DNA of 64,000 nucleotides, from assembly GCA_003135555.1 (NCBI GenBank), contig PLCF01000085.1:64001-128000 (forward strand), in the 5' to 3' direction. The translations under genes and the position numbers were made by a program. Below the pieces are notes generated by a model. The model worked only from the letters and a program-made list of their open reading frames with translations, was not told the DNA's origin and made no database searches. Origin of the DNA: Vulcanimicrobiota bacterium. Its GTDB lineage: Bacteria; Vulcanimicrobiota; Vulcanimicrobiia; Vulcanimicrobiales; Vulcanimicrobiaceae. Positions 8,711 through 18,581 of the stretch are shown one piece after another; within the stretch, counting starts at the first letter, position 1; every line of letters starts with the position of its first letter.

Positions 8711-11700
8711 TTAGGTCGCTGCCGAGACCGCTTCCGCGACCGCGCGGTTGAACGGCAGCGCCAGATACGCCGCGCGCGTGGCCGCATCGTCGATTGCGGT
8801 CGCGCGTGCGCGCATCACCGAGTTCGCCTGTCGCAACAGCGTGCGCGCCGCGCTGCTGCGGTCGCAGGCGAGCTCGACCTGCGCCGCCGCCCAGAGCCAC
8901 TCGGTCGGCTGCGGCGCCAACTTCGGATTGGTCGCGTAGAGCGTCATGAGCTCGCCCGCGGTGCGCCGCGCGGCGTCTCGATCGCCGGCGCGCACGTAGG
9001 CCTCGGCGAGCGCGCACAGGTTGTCGCCCAACCGCGGCGTCTCACCGGCCGGCCGGCGCAATTCGACCGCGCGGCTGAGGTGCGCGATCGCGTCGGCGTG
9101 CTCGCCCAGCCCGCTCTCCGCGGCGCCGAGCGTCCCCAGGGCGGCCGACTCGAGGTGCTGGGAGTTGATCGCGCGTGCCAGCACCAGCGCTTGGGCCGCG
9201 CAGTCCTTGGCTTGGTCGAGCTCGCCGCGCAGCCGCCGGCAGTAGCTCGAGTCGATGCGCTCGACGCAGGCCACGAACCGCGACCCGATCTCGCCGGCGA
9301 GCTCGCGCGCCCGCGCGTAGAAGTCGATCGCGCGGTCGAGCAGGCCCAGCTCGGTGTGAAACAGGCCGAGGTCGACGAAGATGCTGGCCAATCCGACGCG
9401 GTGTCCGATGCGCTCGTAGATCTCGAGCGCGCGGACGTAGTACGCGTCGGCGTCGGCGACGCGGAACGTGTACACCAGCCCGTTGGCCATCGTGTGCAGC
9501 GCCAGCGCCTCGCCTTCGCGGTCGCCGATCGCGTGGCTGACCTCGTGCGCCTCGGCCGCGAATCGCGACATCGCCGCATAGTCCTGCTGCGCGAGCGCGG
9601 CCCGCGAGAACGCGATGAGCGTCCGCACCAGCGCGCCTTGGTCGCCGTCGGATTGCACCGCGGCGCGCAGCTCGTCCAGCGCGCGGTACGCCTCGTCGAG
9701 CCGGCCTTCGTAGATATAGGTGTCGGCCAAGGCCAGACGCGCGTTGGCGTGCGCGCTGCGGTCGCCGCTGCGCTCGGTGAGCTCGATCAGCTCGCCGAAC
9801 GCCGCGCGCGCCGCGGCGAAGTCGTTGATCGCGCGCCGGTACCGTGCCTCGGCCTCGAGCCAAGCGCCCAGCCGCCGCACGTCGCCCGAGCGGCGCACGC
9901 GCCGTCGCAGCAACGCCAACAAAATGCGCTCGCGCCGCCGGTCGCTGGTGACGTTCGCCAGCGCGATGCGCCGCTCCAGAACGGTGCAAACGGCATCCTC
10001 GTCGTCGATCGCCGCGGCCAGCTGCGCCAGCTCGTCGGCGATGCGCCCCTGCAATTCACGATCGCCGTCGGCCGCGGCGATCCGTTCGCGCAGCAGCAGC
10101 GCCTCGAAGCGCAAACGGCGCGAGGTGCTCAGCGCCAGCACGCGCGCGAGGTGGCGCCCCGCGTCGGCGTTGCCGTAGACCTCGAGCGCGCGCCGTGCCG
10201 CGGCAAGATAGTGCTCCGCGGCGATCTCGGGCTCGCCGCCGCGATCCCAATGCAGCGCCAGCTCGGCCGCGACGTCGTCGCGCCGGTCCGCGTAGAGCGT
10301 CGCCATCACGTGCGCGACGCGGCGGTGCCGGCGCGCGCGCGCGGCGGGTGCGACGTTCTCGTACACCAGCGCCTGGATCAGGTGGTGGCTGAACGCGTAG
10401 TCGAAGCCGCTGCGCGTGCCGCGCTCGGCGACGATGCGGCGATCGATCAGCTCGCCCAGCGCGTCGAGCACGGCAGCTTCGAGCCAACCGGTCGTCTCGC
10501 GCAAGAGCTCGACGTCGAAGCCGCGGCCGATGACCGCCGACACCTCCGCCAACGTCTTCGCCGCGTCGCCCAGCCGGGCCAGACGTGCGGTCAGCACGCT
10601 GCGCAGCGCCGGGGGTACGCCGCCCGCGGGCTCGTCGAGCGACCAGCGGCCGGAGCTGTCGTGCAGCCGTCCGGACTCGCCGAGGTCGCGCAAGATCTCT
10701 TCGAGGAAGAACGGGTTCCCGTCGCTGCGGTCGTGCAGCGTGCGCGCCAGCTCGACCGGATCATCGACCTCGCCGAGCGCGCGAACGAGCGCCTCGACGT
10801 GCTCGCGACCGAGCCGCGCCAGCGCCACGTGCGACGCGGCCCCTTCGCGTTCGAGGTGCCGCCGCAAGGCGCGCAGCTGATGCGCCGGTTCGAGCTCGTC
10901 TTCGCGGTAAGTGGCGACGAGCAGCACGCGGCTGCGCACGCAGCCGCGTGACAGGTGCTCGAGCAAGCTCAGCGTCGCGGCGCCGGCCCAGTGGACGTCC
11001 TCGATGACCAGCACCACCGGCCGGCGCGTCGCGATCGCTTCCCACACCCTGGTGCAGGCCTCGAACAGGCGCAGACGCTCGCGCTCGGGATCGACGGCCG
11101 GCAACGCCGGTACGTCACGCGCGTGCGCGCCGATCGACGGAGCCAACGCCGCGAGCGCGCCCAGCCACAACGGATCGACCGCGACGCCGGCAGTCAACGG
11201 CGCGACGACTCGCAACAATCCCACGAAGGGCTCGTAGGGGATCGTCTCGGGGAAGGTCGTTCCGGCGCCGTACGTCTGCGCGCCGTGCGCCTCGCACTCC
11301 GCCGTGAACTCGCGCACGAGGCGCGTCTTGCCGATCCCGGCCTCGCCACCGACGAGCACCAAACCGCCGTGGCCCGCCGCTGCGGCCTCCCAGCGCTCGC
11401 GCAGGGCGGCCAGCTCTGCGGCGCGTCCGACGAACGGCAACGACGAGATCGTCGCGCCCGGGCTGCGCAGCAACGGCCCTGGCGCCGGCGCGGGCGCCGG
11501 AGCGGCGTCGCGCGCGATCGCTTCGTACACCGCGAGCGTCTCAGCCATCGGGTCGGTTCCCAGCTCGTCGCGCAACGCCTGGGCGAAGCGCTCGTACTCC
11601 GCCAACGCGCCGGCCCGATCGCCGGCTTCGTGGTGCAAGCGGATCAGCGTGCGCAGCACGTCCTCGCGCCACGGATCGTGCGCGAGCAGGCGCACCGCGG

Positions 11701-12214
11701 CGGCGATCGCCGGCGCGTAGTCGCGCGCCGCGCTCAAGCGCGCGATCAGCGTGCCGAGCGTTTGCAGGTACAGCGCGCGCAAACGGGCGCGTTCCGCGTC
11801 GAGCCACTCGTCGTCGACGTCCGCAAGCAGGTCGCCGGCATAGAGTGCGACCGCATCCGCGAGGCGCTGCGGGATCGCCGCGAGGTGCTCGAACTCGGCC
11901 ACGTCGAGCCACAGATCGGCGCGCGGATTCCACTGCAACTGGCCGGCCGATGCCAGCACCCAGGGCTCGACTGCGGCCGGCGGCAACACGGCCTGCAGGT
12001 AGTTGAGGTGACGGCGCAGGTTGGCCCGCGCTTCGTCTTCGCCATCGTCGGGCCACAGGGCGTACGCGACCGCGCGGCGCGGCATCGGCGCCCGCCGGTG
12101 CACGAGCAAGTATGCCAGCAGCGGCACGACCTTGGGCCGACCGGCGACGGAGAGCGGGTCGTCGTCGAGCAACAACCGCGGACGCCCGAACAGGTGAACC
12201 CGCAGCATGAGCAC
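8711..12214 (-). CDS. AfsR/SARP-family regulator (wHTH-BTAD-AAA ATPase-TPR)
   Basis: LLAYLLVH...LWPD..ARANLRRHL; BTAD (DPWRE...LGTDPMAET); FVGRAAEL, GEAGIGKT Walker A, VIEDVHW Walker B; TPR C-terminus. Confidence 0.92.
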   Translation of the reverse strand: MLMLRVHLFGRPRLLLDDDPLSVAGRPKVVPLLAYLLVHRRAPMPRRAVAYALWPDDGEDEARANLRRHLNYLQAVLPPAAVEPWVLASAGQLQWNPRADLWLDVAEFEHLAAIPQRLADAVALYAGDLLADVDDEWLDAERARLRALYLQTLGTLIARLSAARDYAPAIAAAVRLLAHDPWREDVLRTLIRLHHEAGDRAGALAEYERFAQALRDELGTDPMAETLAVYEAIARDAAPAPAPAPGPLLRSPGATISSLPFVGRAAELAALRERWEAAAAGHGGLVLVGGEAGIGKTRLVREFTAECEAHGAQTYGAGTTFPETIPYEPFVGLLRVVAPLTAGVAVDPLWLGALAALAPSIGAHARDVPALPAVDPERERLRLFEACTRVWEAIATRRPVVLVIEDVHWAGAATLSLLEHLSRGCVRSRVLLVATYREDELEPAHQLRALRRHLEREGAASHVALARLGREHVEALVRALGEVDDPVELARTLHDRSDGNPFFLEEILRDLGESGRLHDSSGRWSLDEPAGGVPPALRSVLTARLARLGDAAKTLAEVSAVIGRGFDVELLRETTGWLEAAVLDALGELIDRRIVAERGTRSGFDYAFSHHLIQALVYENVAPAARARRHRRVAHVMATLYADRRDDVAAELALHWDRGGEPEIAAEHYLAAARRALEVYGNADAGRHLARVLALSTSRRLRFEALLLRERIAAADGDRELQGRIADELAQLAAAIDDEDAVCTVLERRIALANVTSDRRRERILLALLRRRVRRSGDVRRLGAWLEAEARYRRAINDFAAARAAFGELIELTERSGDRSAHANARLALADTYIYEGRLDEAYRALDELRAAVQSDGDQGALVRTLIAFSRAALAQQDYAAMSRFAAEAHEVSHAIGDREGEALALHTMANGLVYTFRVADADAYYVRALEIYERIGHRVGLASIFVDLGLFHTELGLLDRAIDFYARARELAGEIGSRFVACVERIDSSYCRRLRGELDQAKDCAAQALVLARAINSQHLESAALGTLGAAESGLGEHADAIAHLSRAVELRRPAGETPRLGDNLCALAEAYVRAGDRDAARRTAGELMTLYATNPKLAPQPTEWLWAAAQVELACDRSSAARTLLRQANSVMRARATAIDDAATRAAYLALPFNRAVAEAVSAAT

Positions 12215-12260
12215 GCATTAGCCGGGCCGCCGCGCTTCCCTGGCGAAGGTTCGAAGCACC

Positions 12261-13181
12261 GTGGAGCAAGCGATCGTCGTCGAGCAGCTCGTAAAGCGCT
12301 ACGGCAAGCTCACCGCGGTCGACGGGATCAGCTTCGCGGTCCCGCGCGGAACGATCTTTGGGTTGCTGGGCCGCAACGGTGCCGGAAAAACGACCACGCT
12401 CGAATGCTGCATCGGCATCGGGCAACCCGCGTCGGGATCGGTGCGCGTGCTGGGCCTCGATCCGACGCGGCCGCGCGACCTGGCGCGGCTGCGCCCGCGC
12501 ATCGGCGTCCAGCTGCAAACCACGTCCTTGCCCGAGAAGGCCAACGTGCGCGAAGTGCTCGAGCTCTACGCCGCCTACTACGGGATTCGCACGCAGCCGC
12601 AAGCGATGGCCGCGCGCGTGGGGCTGGACGGGAAGCTGGACCGCCAGGTCGGCCAGATGTCGGGCGGGGAACAACAGCGCCTGGCGCTGGCGCTGGCCTT
12701 GCAGCACGATCCCGAAGTGCTGTTTCTCGACGAACCCAGCGCCGGGATGGACGCGTTCGGCCGGCGCATCCTCTTCGCCGAGGTCGAGCGGCTCAGAGCC
12801 GCGGGGAAGACGATCGTTCTCACGACGCACTACATCGAGGAAGCCGAGCGGTTGAGCGATCGCATCTGCATGATTCAGCGCGGTCGCATCGTCGCGCAGG
12901 CGACCGCGGCGGAGTTGGTGGCGCAATTCGGCGGCGACGCGACCGTCTCGATCGTCGCCGACGGGTTCGCGCCCGCCGCGCTGGACGGCCTCGGTACCTG
13001 GACGCAAACCGGCGGGCAGTGGAACCTCGCGACGCGCGGCGAGCCCGGGCTCGCGCTGGCGGCGATCGTGACGCAAGCCAACGCGATGGGGGCCAAGATC
13101 GCATCGCTCGACCTGCACCGCCCGACGCTGGAGGACGCGTTCGTCGCCATCACCGGCGAGACGCTCGCGGAGACCGAATGA
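12261..13181 (+). CDS. ABC transporter ATP-binding protein (ABC-2 exporter type)
   Basis: GRNGAGKTT, MSGGEQQR, LFLDEP, TTH. Confidence 0.93.
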   Translation: MEQAIVVEQLVKRYGKLTAVDGISFAVPRGTIFGLLGRNGAGKTTTLECCIGIGQPASGSVRVLGLDPTRPRDLARLRPRIGVQLQTTSLPEKANVREVLELYAAYYGIRTQPQAMAARVGLDGKLDRQVGQMSGGEQQRLALALALQHDPEVLFLDEPSAGMDAFGRRILFAEVERLRAAGKTIVLTTHYIEEAERLSDRICMIQRGRIVAQATAAELVAQFGGDATVSIVADGFAPAALDGLGTWTQTGGQWNLATRGEPGLALAAIVTQANAMGAKIASLDLHRPTLEDAFVAITGETLAETE

Positions 13182-13921
13182 CGCTGCTGCGAATGTTTGC
13201 GGTCCAGACGAAGATGCACTTCGTGTGGTACTTCCGGCGCGACGGCGAGATGATGTTCTGGACGCTCGCGATGCCGGTGTTCTTCTTGGTCTTGTTCTCG
13301 TTCGCGTTCTCCGACGGGCCCAACGCCCGCTCGTCGTCGTTTCTGGTCCCGGGGATCATCGGCGCGCAGGTCCTCAGCTCCGGATTTTGGGGCGTCGGCG
13401 TGATGCTCGCCACGTTCCGCGAGAAGCACCTGTTGCGGCGGGTGTATCTGACGCCGATGCCGCCGTGGGTGTTCTTCGCGTCGCTGGTGACCTACCGGAT
13501 CGCGCTGCTGGCGACGCAGGCGATCATCCTGATCGCCGCCGGCGGCCTCATCTTCCACGTCCGCATCACCGGTAACCCGCTCGAGATCCTCGCCATCCTG
13601 GTGCTCGGCACCGCGACGTTCGTCTCGCTCGGCACGATCATCGGCGCGCTCGCGCGCACGACCGAGAGCGCGAACAATATCGCCTCGGTGTTGACGGTTC
13701 CGCTGGCGTTTCTGTCCGACGCGTACGTTCCGATCGACCGCTTTCCGCACGCCGTTGCGGCGACGCTGCGGCTGCTGCCGTCGACGCAGTTCATCGACAC
13801 GTTTCGCGACGTCGCGATCGGCGGCGCCGCGTTGTCGCACTACGGCGCGTGGCTGGCCGTGCTGGGCCTGTGGACGTTCGCGGGGATGGCGATCAGCGCG
13901 CGCACTTTTCGATGGGTCTAG
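13178..13921 (+). CDS. ABC-2 type transporter permease
   Basis: Six hydrophobic segments, FLVPGIIG, REKHLLRRVYLTP; ATGA overlap with ATPase gene. Confidence 0.9.
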   Translation: MTLLRMFAVQTKMHFVWYFRRDGEMMFWTLAMPVFFLVLFSFAFSDGPNARSSSFLVPGIIGAQVLSSGFWGVGVMLATFREKHLLRRVYLTPMPPWVFFASLVTYRIALLATQAIILIAAGGLIFHVRITGNPLEILAILVLGTATFVSLGTIIGALARTTESANNIASVLTVPLAFLSDAYVPIDRFPHAVAATLRLLPSTQFIDTFRDVAIGGAALSHYGAWLAVLGLWTFAGMAISARTFRWV

Positions 13922-15078
13922 CCGCCGGCGTCGTCGTCGTCGGCGGTGGGGTGATCGGTGCCAGCGTCGCCTATCACTTGGCGGCGCGCGGTGCGGACGA
14001 CGTCCTCGTGCTGGATCGCGCGCGCGGCCCGGGTGCGGGCAGCACGGGACGCGCGACCGGCGGCTTCCGGGTGCAGTTCTCGACCGCCGTCAACGTGCGG
14101 CTCTCGTTGCTCGCGCGCGCGCAGCTCGAGCGCTTCGCCGCGGAGGTCGGCGGCGATTGCGGGTATCGCCCGGCGGGCTATCTCTGGATCGCGGAGACGG
14201 ACGCGCAGCTCGCTTCCCTCCGCGCGGCGCTCGCCGTGCAACGTGGCGCCGGCGTCGAGGACGCGGTCGAAGTCGACGCGCGGACGATCGCGACGCTCAA
14301 TCCCGCGCTGCAAATCGCCGGGATCGCCGGTGGAACCTATTGCCCCAGCGACGGCTTCATCCGGCCCCTGCAGATCCTCGACGGCTATCGGCTCGCGGCG
14401 CAGCGCCGCGGTGTGCGGTTCGACTGGGAAGCCGAGGTCGTGGGATTTCGGCGCGCGTCCGGCGGGGAGATCGTGGCGGTGCAAACGCCGCACGGCGAGA
14501 TCGCGACCGGAGCCGTGGTCAACGCCGCCGGAGCGTGGGCCGGCGGCGTGGCGCAGCTCGCCGGCGTCGACCTTCCGGTCACACCGCTGCGCCGTCAGGT
14601 TGCCGTCACGGTACCGACCGCCGTGCTGCCCGTTGCGATGCCGATGACGCTCTACGCCGGCGACGGCTTTCACCTGCGCGAACGCGATGGGCGCGTGCTG
14701 CTGTTGCTGCCGGCGTCCGGCGCTGCGGATCCGTTCGACGACGCGGTCGACCCGGCGTGGATCGATGCCGTGGTCGCGCTGGCGCGGCGCCGGGTCCCGG
14801 CATTAGCCGCCGTGCCGATCGACCGCGCGGCATGCTGGGCCGGGCTCTACGAGATGTCGCCCGACGGGAACGCGATCCTCGGCGCCCTGCCCGCGGTGCC
14901 GAATCTGTTTCACGCCGCCGGCGCGTCGGGGCACGGTGTGATGCATGCGCCGGCGCTGGGACGACTGCTCGCGGAGATCGTGCTCGACGGCGCGGCGTCG
15001 TCGCTCGCCGACGTCTCGGCGCTGCGCCCCGACCGCTTCGACGCCGCGCGCGCGCCGGCGCAGATCGACCGGCTATGA
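13912..15078 (+). CDS. FAD-binding oxidoreductase (DAO / sarcosine oxidase beta-like)
   Basis: VVVGGGVIGASVAYHLA, GSTGRATGG, VNAAGAWA, WAGLYEMSPDG, GASGHGVM. Confidence 0.88.
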   Translation: MGLAAGVVVVGGGVIGASVAYHLAARGADDVLVLDRARGPGAGSTGRATGGFRVQFSTAVNVRLSLLARAQLERFAAEVGGDCGYRPAGYLWIAETDAQLASLRAALAVQRGAGVEDAVEVDARTIATLNPALQIAGIAGGTYCPSDGFIRPLQILDGYRLAAQRRGVRFDWEAEVVGFRRASGGEIVAVQTPHGEIATGAVVNAAGAWAGGVAQLAGVDLPVTPLRRQVAVTVPTAVLPVAMPMTLYAGDGFHLRERDGRVLLLLPASGAADPFDDAVDPAWIDAVVALARRRVPALAAVPIDRAACWAGLYEMSPDGNAILGALPAVPNLFHAAGASGHGVMHAPALGRLLAEIVLDGAASSLADVSALRPDRFDAARAPAQIDRL

Positions 15079-15082
15079 GCGC

Positions 15083-16759
15083 CTAGCGGACCACCAGACC
15101 GGCGCTGAGCGCGCGGCTGGCGTCGGCGCGAAGATAGGACGCCGCGGTGAGCGCGTAGCGTGCGCCCAGCGGAATGCGCACGCTGCCCTCGATGCTGCCG
15201 CCCCGCAACACCAGATCGAACCGCGTCGGCGCGTCCCAGGTGAGCCAGGCGACGTCGCGGTAGAAGCGGCGGCGAATGGTGATCGTGTCGAGCGGTCCGC
15301 CCGGATAGAGCGGCGCGGTCGCATCGAGCATGTCGCCGTCGCGCACCGTCCACGCGCGCACCGAGAGGCGCGGTGCCAACTCCCAGCCCAGCGATGCGGC
15401 GAAGCCGCGGTTCACCGCCGTCGGCGCCAGGTCGCCCTCGGTGTACGACACCACCGACGCTTGCAAGCGGTGATGATCGGAAAACGCGATTCCGAACTCA
15501 CCCAACGATCCCCGGGCCAGCGCGTAGCCGGGGGTGCCCAAGGTGGACGCACCGGCCCCCGCGTGCAGCGTCACGTTGCTGCCCAGCGGCGCGTCGATGC
15601 CCAGCGAGGGCAGCAGCGAGTACGCCGAGCTGGCCCCGTTGCCGTAGTTGTGCTCGTCGCCGTACGCCAGCGCGAGCGCGGCGCTGACGCGCACGACGTT
15701 GCCGCGCGCGGTGCCCAGGACGAGCGCCGCGTCGTGGTGTTGCGCGTCGGCGCTGCCGAAGTTGAGGCGCTCGCTGCGAAACCGGGCCCGTACCGCGATC
15801 GCATCGGGGCCGCGCCCGGTCGCATCGAAGGACGCATCCGCGACGCTCCCGGAGTCGCGCGACGCACCCAGCGCGTCGGCGTTGTCGGTCGTGAGCGCGA
15901 ATCGCGCCGCGATGTCGATGCGCTGCGTCGCCGTGTTGAAGTTGGCGCCGGCACCGGAGTAGTGCACGCCGGGAGCGTCGCCGACCACGGCTACGACGCC
16001 GGCGGTAACCGGGCCGATGACGTCCGAGGCGTGCGCCGCGACGAGCCGGCGCGGGCCGTCGGAATCCCACGAGGTCGCGGCCAGCACCGCGGTGCGCGTT
16101 CCGATCCGCAGCGCGGCGTCGCCGTTGGTCGCCCGCGCCGTGTCGAGCCGGTCGAACAGCCGCGCATCGATCACGCCGCCGCCGCCGCGATCGCCGTACC
16201 ACGGTGCTTCGAGCGCACCGTGCACGTCGAGCGCTCCGATCGCGTGCGCGGGGAGCAGGCTCGTCGTGTCGCCGCCGTCGCCGCGGCGATAGAACGGAAG
16301 CTCCTCGACCGTGGCGACGCCGTGGCCGCGCGAGAGCCAGCGGTCGCTTACGGCCGTCGGAAAGGCCACCCGGTAGGGCACGACGGAGGCGATCGCGGCG
16401 AACGTTCCGGCCGGGAGCGCGGCGATGTCGGCGGCCGTCGGGACGCGGTCGGCCGCCCGGTGGCGGCGCACGATCCCGGCCACCGGCGAACCGTCGGCCG
16501 GGACCGCGATGCGCAGCGGCTCGGCGTTGTCGGCGGTCACCAAAACGGCCGCCGGCCGGGCGGGGGTAGCGAGGGCGAACGTACCGTCGCGGGCCGTGCG
16601 GTCGCGCGCGAGCACCGTTCCCTGGGCGTCGAGGGCCGCGACCCGCGCCCCCACGACGACCGCGCCGTCCTGGTCGCGCAGCGCTCCGACGAGCAGTTCG
16701 TCGGCCGCCGCCGGCGCCTGCGCTCCGCAGGCGAGCAGCGTGACCAGAACCCCTTTCAT
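15083..16759 (-). CDS. outer-membrane protein: carboxypeptidase-regulatory-like domain, degenerate TonB-receptor plug, beta-barrel
   Basis: GALRDQDGAVVVGARV...TARDGTFAL; IGALDVHGALEAPWYGDRGGGGVIDAR resembles the plug C-terminal motif; alternating beta strands; start uncertain. Confidence 0.6.
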   Translation of the reverse strand: MKGVLVTLLACGAQAPAAADELLVGALRDQDGAVVVGARVAALDAQGTVLARDRTARDGTFALATPARPAAVLVTADNAEPLRIAVPADGSPVAGIVRRHRAADRVPTAADIAALPAGTFAAIASVVPYRVAFPTAVSDRWLSRGHGVATVEELPFYRRGDGGDTTSLLPAHAIGALDVHGALEAPWYGDRGGGGVIDARLFDRLDTARATNGDAALRIGTRTAVLAATSWDSDGPRRLVAAHASDVIGPVTAGVVAVVGDAPGVHYSGAGANFNTATQRIDIAARFALTTDNADALGASRDSGSVADASFDATGRGPDAIAVRARFRSERLNFGSADAQHHDAALVLGTARGNVVRVSAALALAYGDEHNYGNGASSAYSLLPSLGIDAPLGSNVTLHAGAGASTLGTPGYALARGSLGEFGIAFSDHHRLQASVVSYTEGDLAPTAVNRGFAASLGWELAPRLSVRAWTVRDGDMLDATAPLYPGGPLDTITIRRRFYRDVAWLTWDAPTRFDLVLRGGSIEGSVRIPLGARYALTAASYLRADASRALSAGLVVR

Positions 16760-16786
16760 GAACGCTTCACGAGCATGGTGTAGCAT
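16755..16786 (+). promoter_or_regulatory. half copy of the putative response-regulator operator plus -10 box
   Basis: TTCA-N7-TTCA (16755-16769), 11 nt, then TAGCAT; same spacing as at 18496 and 20138. Confidence 0.45.
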
Positions 16787-16793
16787 GGTCGGC

Positions 16794-17027
16794 ATGAGGA
16801 GCTTCGGGCGCTGGGCGATCGCCGGGGTGCTCGCGCTCGGCGCGTGTGCCGGTGCCGCCGCAGGCGCGGAGCTCCTGCTCGACGACCCGGCCTCGCTGGT
16901 CGTCAGCGCGCCTCCTGCGCTGCTCGGGCCCATCAACGAAGGCGGCCGTTCCGGTTGGAACTGCCCGCCCGAACGCGCGGCGCTCGCGCGTACCGCCGCC
17001 GCCGCAGCAGCTCTCCCGCGCGAGTGA
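16794..17027 (+). CDS. small secreted hypothetical protein
   Basis: MRSFGRWAIAGVLALGACAGAAAGA signal-like start; stop 1 nt before the next ATG. Confidence 0.55.
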   Translation: MRSFGRWAIAGVLALGACAGAAAGAELLLDDPASLVVSAPPALLGPINEGGRSGWNCPPERAALARTAAAAAALPRE

Positions 17028-17028
17028 C

Positions 17029-17832
17029 ATGAGGGGCCTGGCCGTCGCGTCGCTGCTCGCGTTCGCCGTGGCGTCCGCGGTAGCATCGGCGCAATCCTAC
17101 CCTGGTCCGGGCGCACCGTCCCGCTCGACCGACGCCCGCACGCTGCTCGAACAGGCGCGCGACCGGGAGGTCCACGAGCGCTTCATGCGCGGGGTAAGCG
17201 CCGAGGAGCGGGGCGACTGGAAGGCCGCGGTCGCGGAGTTCCGGCGTGCCGTCATGCTCGACTTGCCCGAACCGCGCGGCTCGACGGCGCGCTACGACCT
17301 CGCCTTGGCCGAGATGCACGTGGGTCACGCCGACGACGCCGCGACATTGCTCGAGGAGGCGCTCCATCGTGATCCGCGTTTCGCGGCGGCGGCGGCGAAC
17401 CTCGTTGCGGTCCAACTCTTTCGCGGCGACCTGGCGGCTGCGCGCCGCGCCGCCGACCGGTTTTTGGAGATCGCGCCGAGCTCGGTCTTGGCACGTTACG
17501 GGCGCGGCCTGACCGCACTGCGCGCCGGCGACATGGCCACCGCGCGGACCGATTTTCGCGCGCTCATCGACGCCGACCCCGCCTACGCCCCCGCCCATTA
17601 CGATCTCGCGCTGGTAGAGTTGCGCGCCGGACGCGACGAGGCTGCACGCGCCGAGCTCGAGCACGCGCTGGCGCTTTCCCCGGGCTACGCGCGCGCGCGT
17701 TTCGCGCTGGGCACGGTGTTGATGCGCGACGGCCGGCGCGCCGACGCGCGCGTCGCATTCGATCGCTGCGCTCGCGACGCCGCAGATCCGGTGCTGCGCG
17801 CGCTCGCCATCGATCTGCGCGACAAGCTCTAA
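17029..17832 (+). CDS. secreted tetratricopeptide repeat protein
   Basis: Signal peptide; repeated TPR units (ARYDLAL, AAANL, AHYDLAL, ARFALGTVL). Confidence 0.85.
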   Translation: MRGLAVASLLAFAVASAVASAQSYPGPGAPSRSTDARTLLEQARDREVHERFMRGVSAEERGDWKAAVAEFRRAVMLDLPEPRGSTARYDLALAEMHVGHADDAATLLEEALHRDPRFAAAAANLVAVQLFRGDLAAARRAADRFLEIAPSSVLARYGRGLTALRAGDMATARTDFRALIDADPAYAPAHYDLALVELRAGRDEAARAELEHALALSPGYARARFALGTVLMRDGRRADARVAFDRCARDAADPVLRALAIDLRDKL

Positions 17833-17848
17833 CAGCCGCGGGCCGCTG

Positions 17849-18445
17849 TCAGCCGTGGCGGGACGCGGCGCGTAGGTAGCCCAGCAGCTCGCCGTCGGCG
17901 CTCGTCGAGAGCATCACCAGACGCGCCGGCAGACCGTGCGCGTCGAGGACGTACGCGAACGTGCCGTGGAATTGCCCGTCGAGCCGCGCGACGTTGAACG
18001 CATCGAGCAGCGCGCGGACGTCCGCCGGCCGTCCGCTGGCCCAGCGCCACCGCCCCGCATCGGCGTGAAAGCCGCGCGCCAAGCCGGCCATCGCGATCGG
18101 CGGATCGTGCTCGGGGTCCAGCGTCACGGTGAGCAGGCGCGCATCGATACGACCGCGCCCCAGCGCGGCGGAGAGCCGCGCGAAGAGCGCCTCGGCGATC
18201 GGGCAAGCGTCTCCGCAGCGTGCCGCGACGAAGATCACGGCCGTCGGGCGGCGCAAGTCGCGCAGCGTGAAACGCGCTCCGTTCTGATCGATCAACGGGA
18301 TGTCGCGCGCGTCGCGAGGGACGCCGGCGCCGGCGCGCGCCGGGTGGGCCGGAACCGCCGCCTGCGTCCCCGCCGGAGCCCCGAGCGACGCCGCGAACGC
18401 CACGGCGAGGGCGGCGACTGCCCGCCGGATGCGCTGCGGGAACAT
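17849..18445 (-). CDS. SCO family copper chaperone
   Basis: LIDQNG, CGDACP (CxxxC), VTLDPEHD, conserved His in FHGTFAYVLD; GGAGG RBS. Confidence 0.9.
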   Translation of the reverse strand: MFPQRIRRAVAALAVAFAASLGAPAGTQAAVPAHPARAGAGVPRDARDIPLIDQNGARFTLRDLRRPTAVIFVAARCGDACPIAEALFARLSAALGRGRIDARLLTVTLDPEHDPPIAMAGLARGFHADAGRWRWASGRPADVRALLDAFNVARLDGQFHGTFAYVLDAHGLPARLVMLSTSADGELLGYLRAASRHG

Positions 18446-18495
18446 GGCTACCTCCACCGGTGAGTGCGCATCGGGCTTAGGCTAGGCACGCGCGC

Positions 18496-18542
18496 TGAGG
18501 CGCAGATGAAGCGATCGCCGCGGCGCTTTCAGGAAGTCTTCA
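18496..18542 (-). promoter_or_regulatory. 47-bp four-box operator, copy 1 (sco / response-regulator divergent promoter)
   Basis: Minus strand reads TGAAgacttccTGAAagcgccgcggcgatcgcTTCAtctgcgcCTCA, then 11 nt and TAGCCT; 31/47 identical to 20138-20184. Confidence 0.7.
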
Positions 18543-18581
18543 CACAACGGAGCTTGCGCGCAGGGAGCGAAACGACGAAGC

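Noticed and set aside
10955..13921. 988-aa ORF suggesting a giant fused permease
   Set aside because: Only the last 247 aa (from ATG 13178) are a permease; the rest is stop-free GC-rich overlap with real genes.
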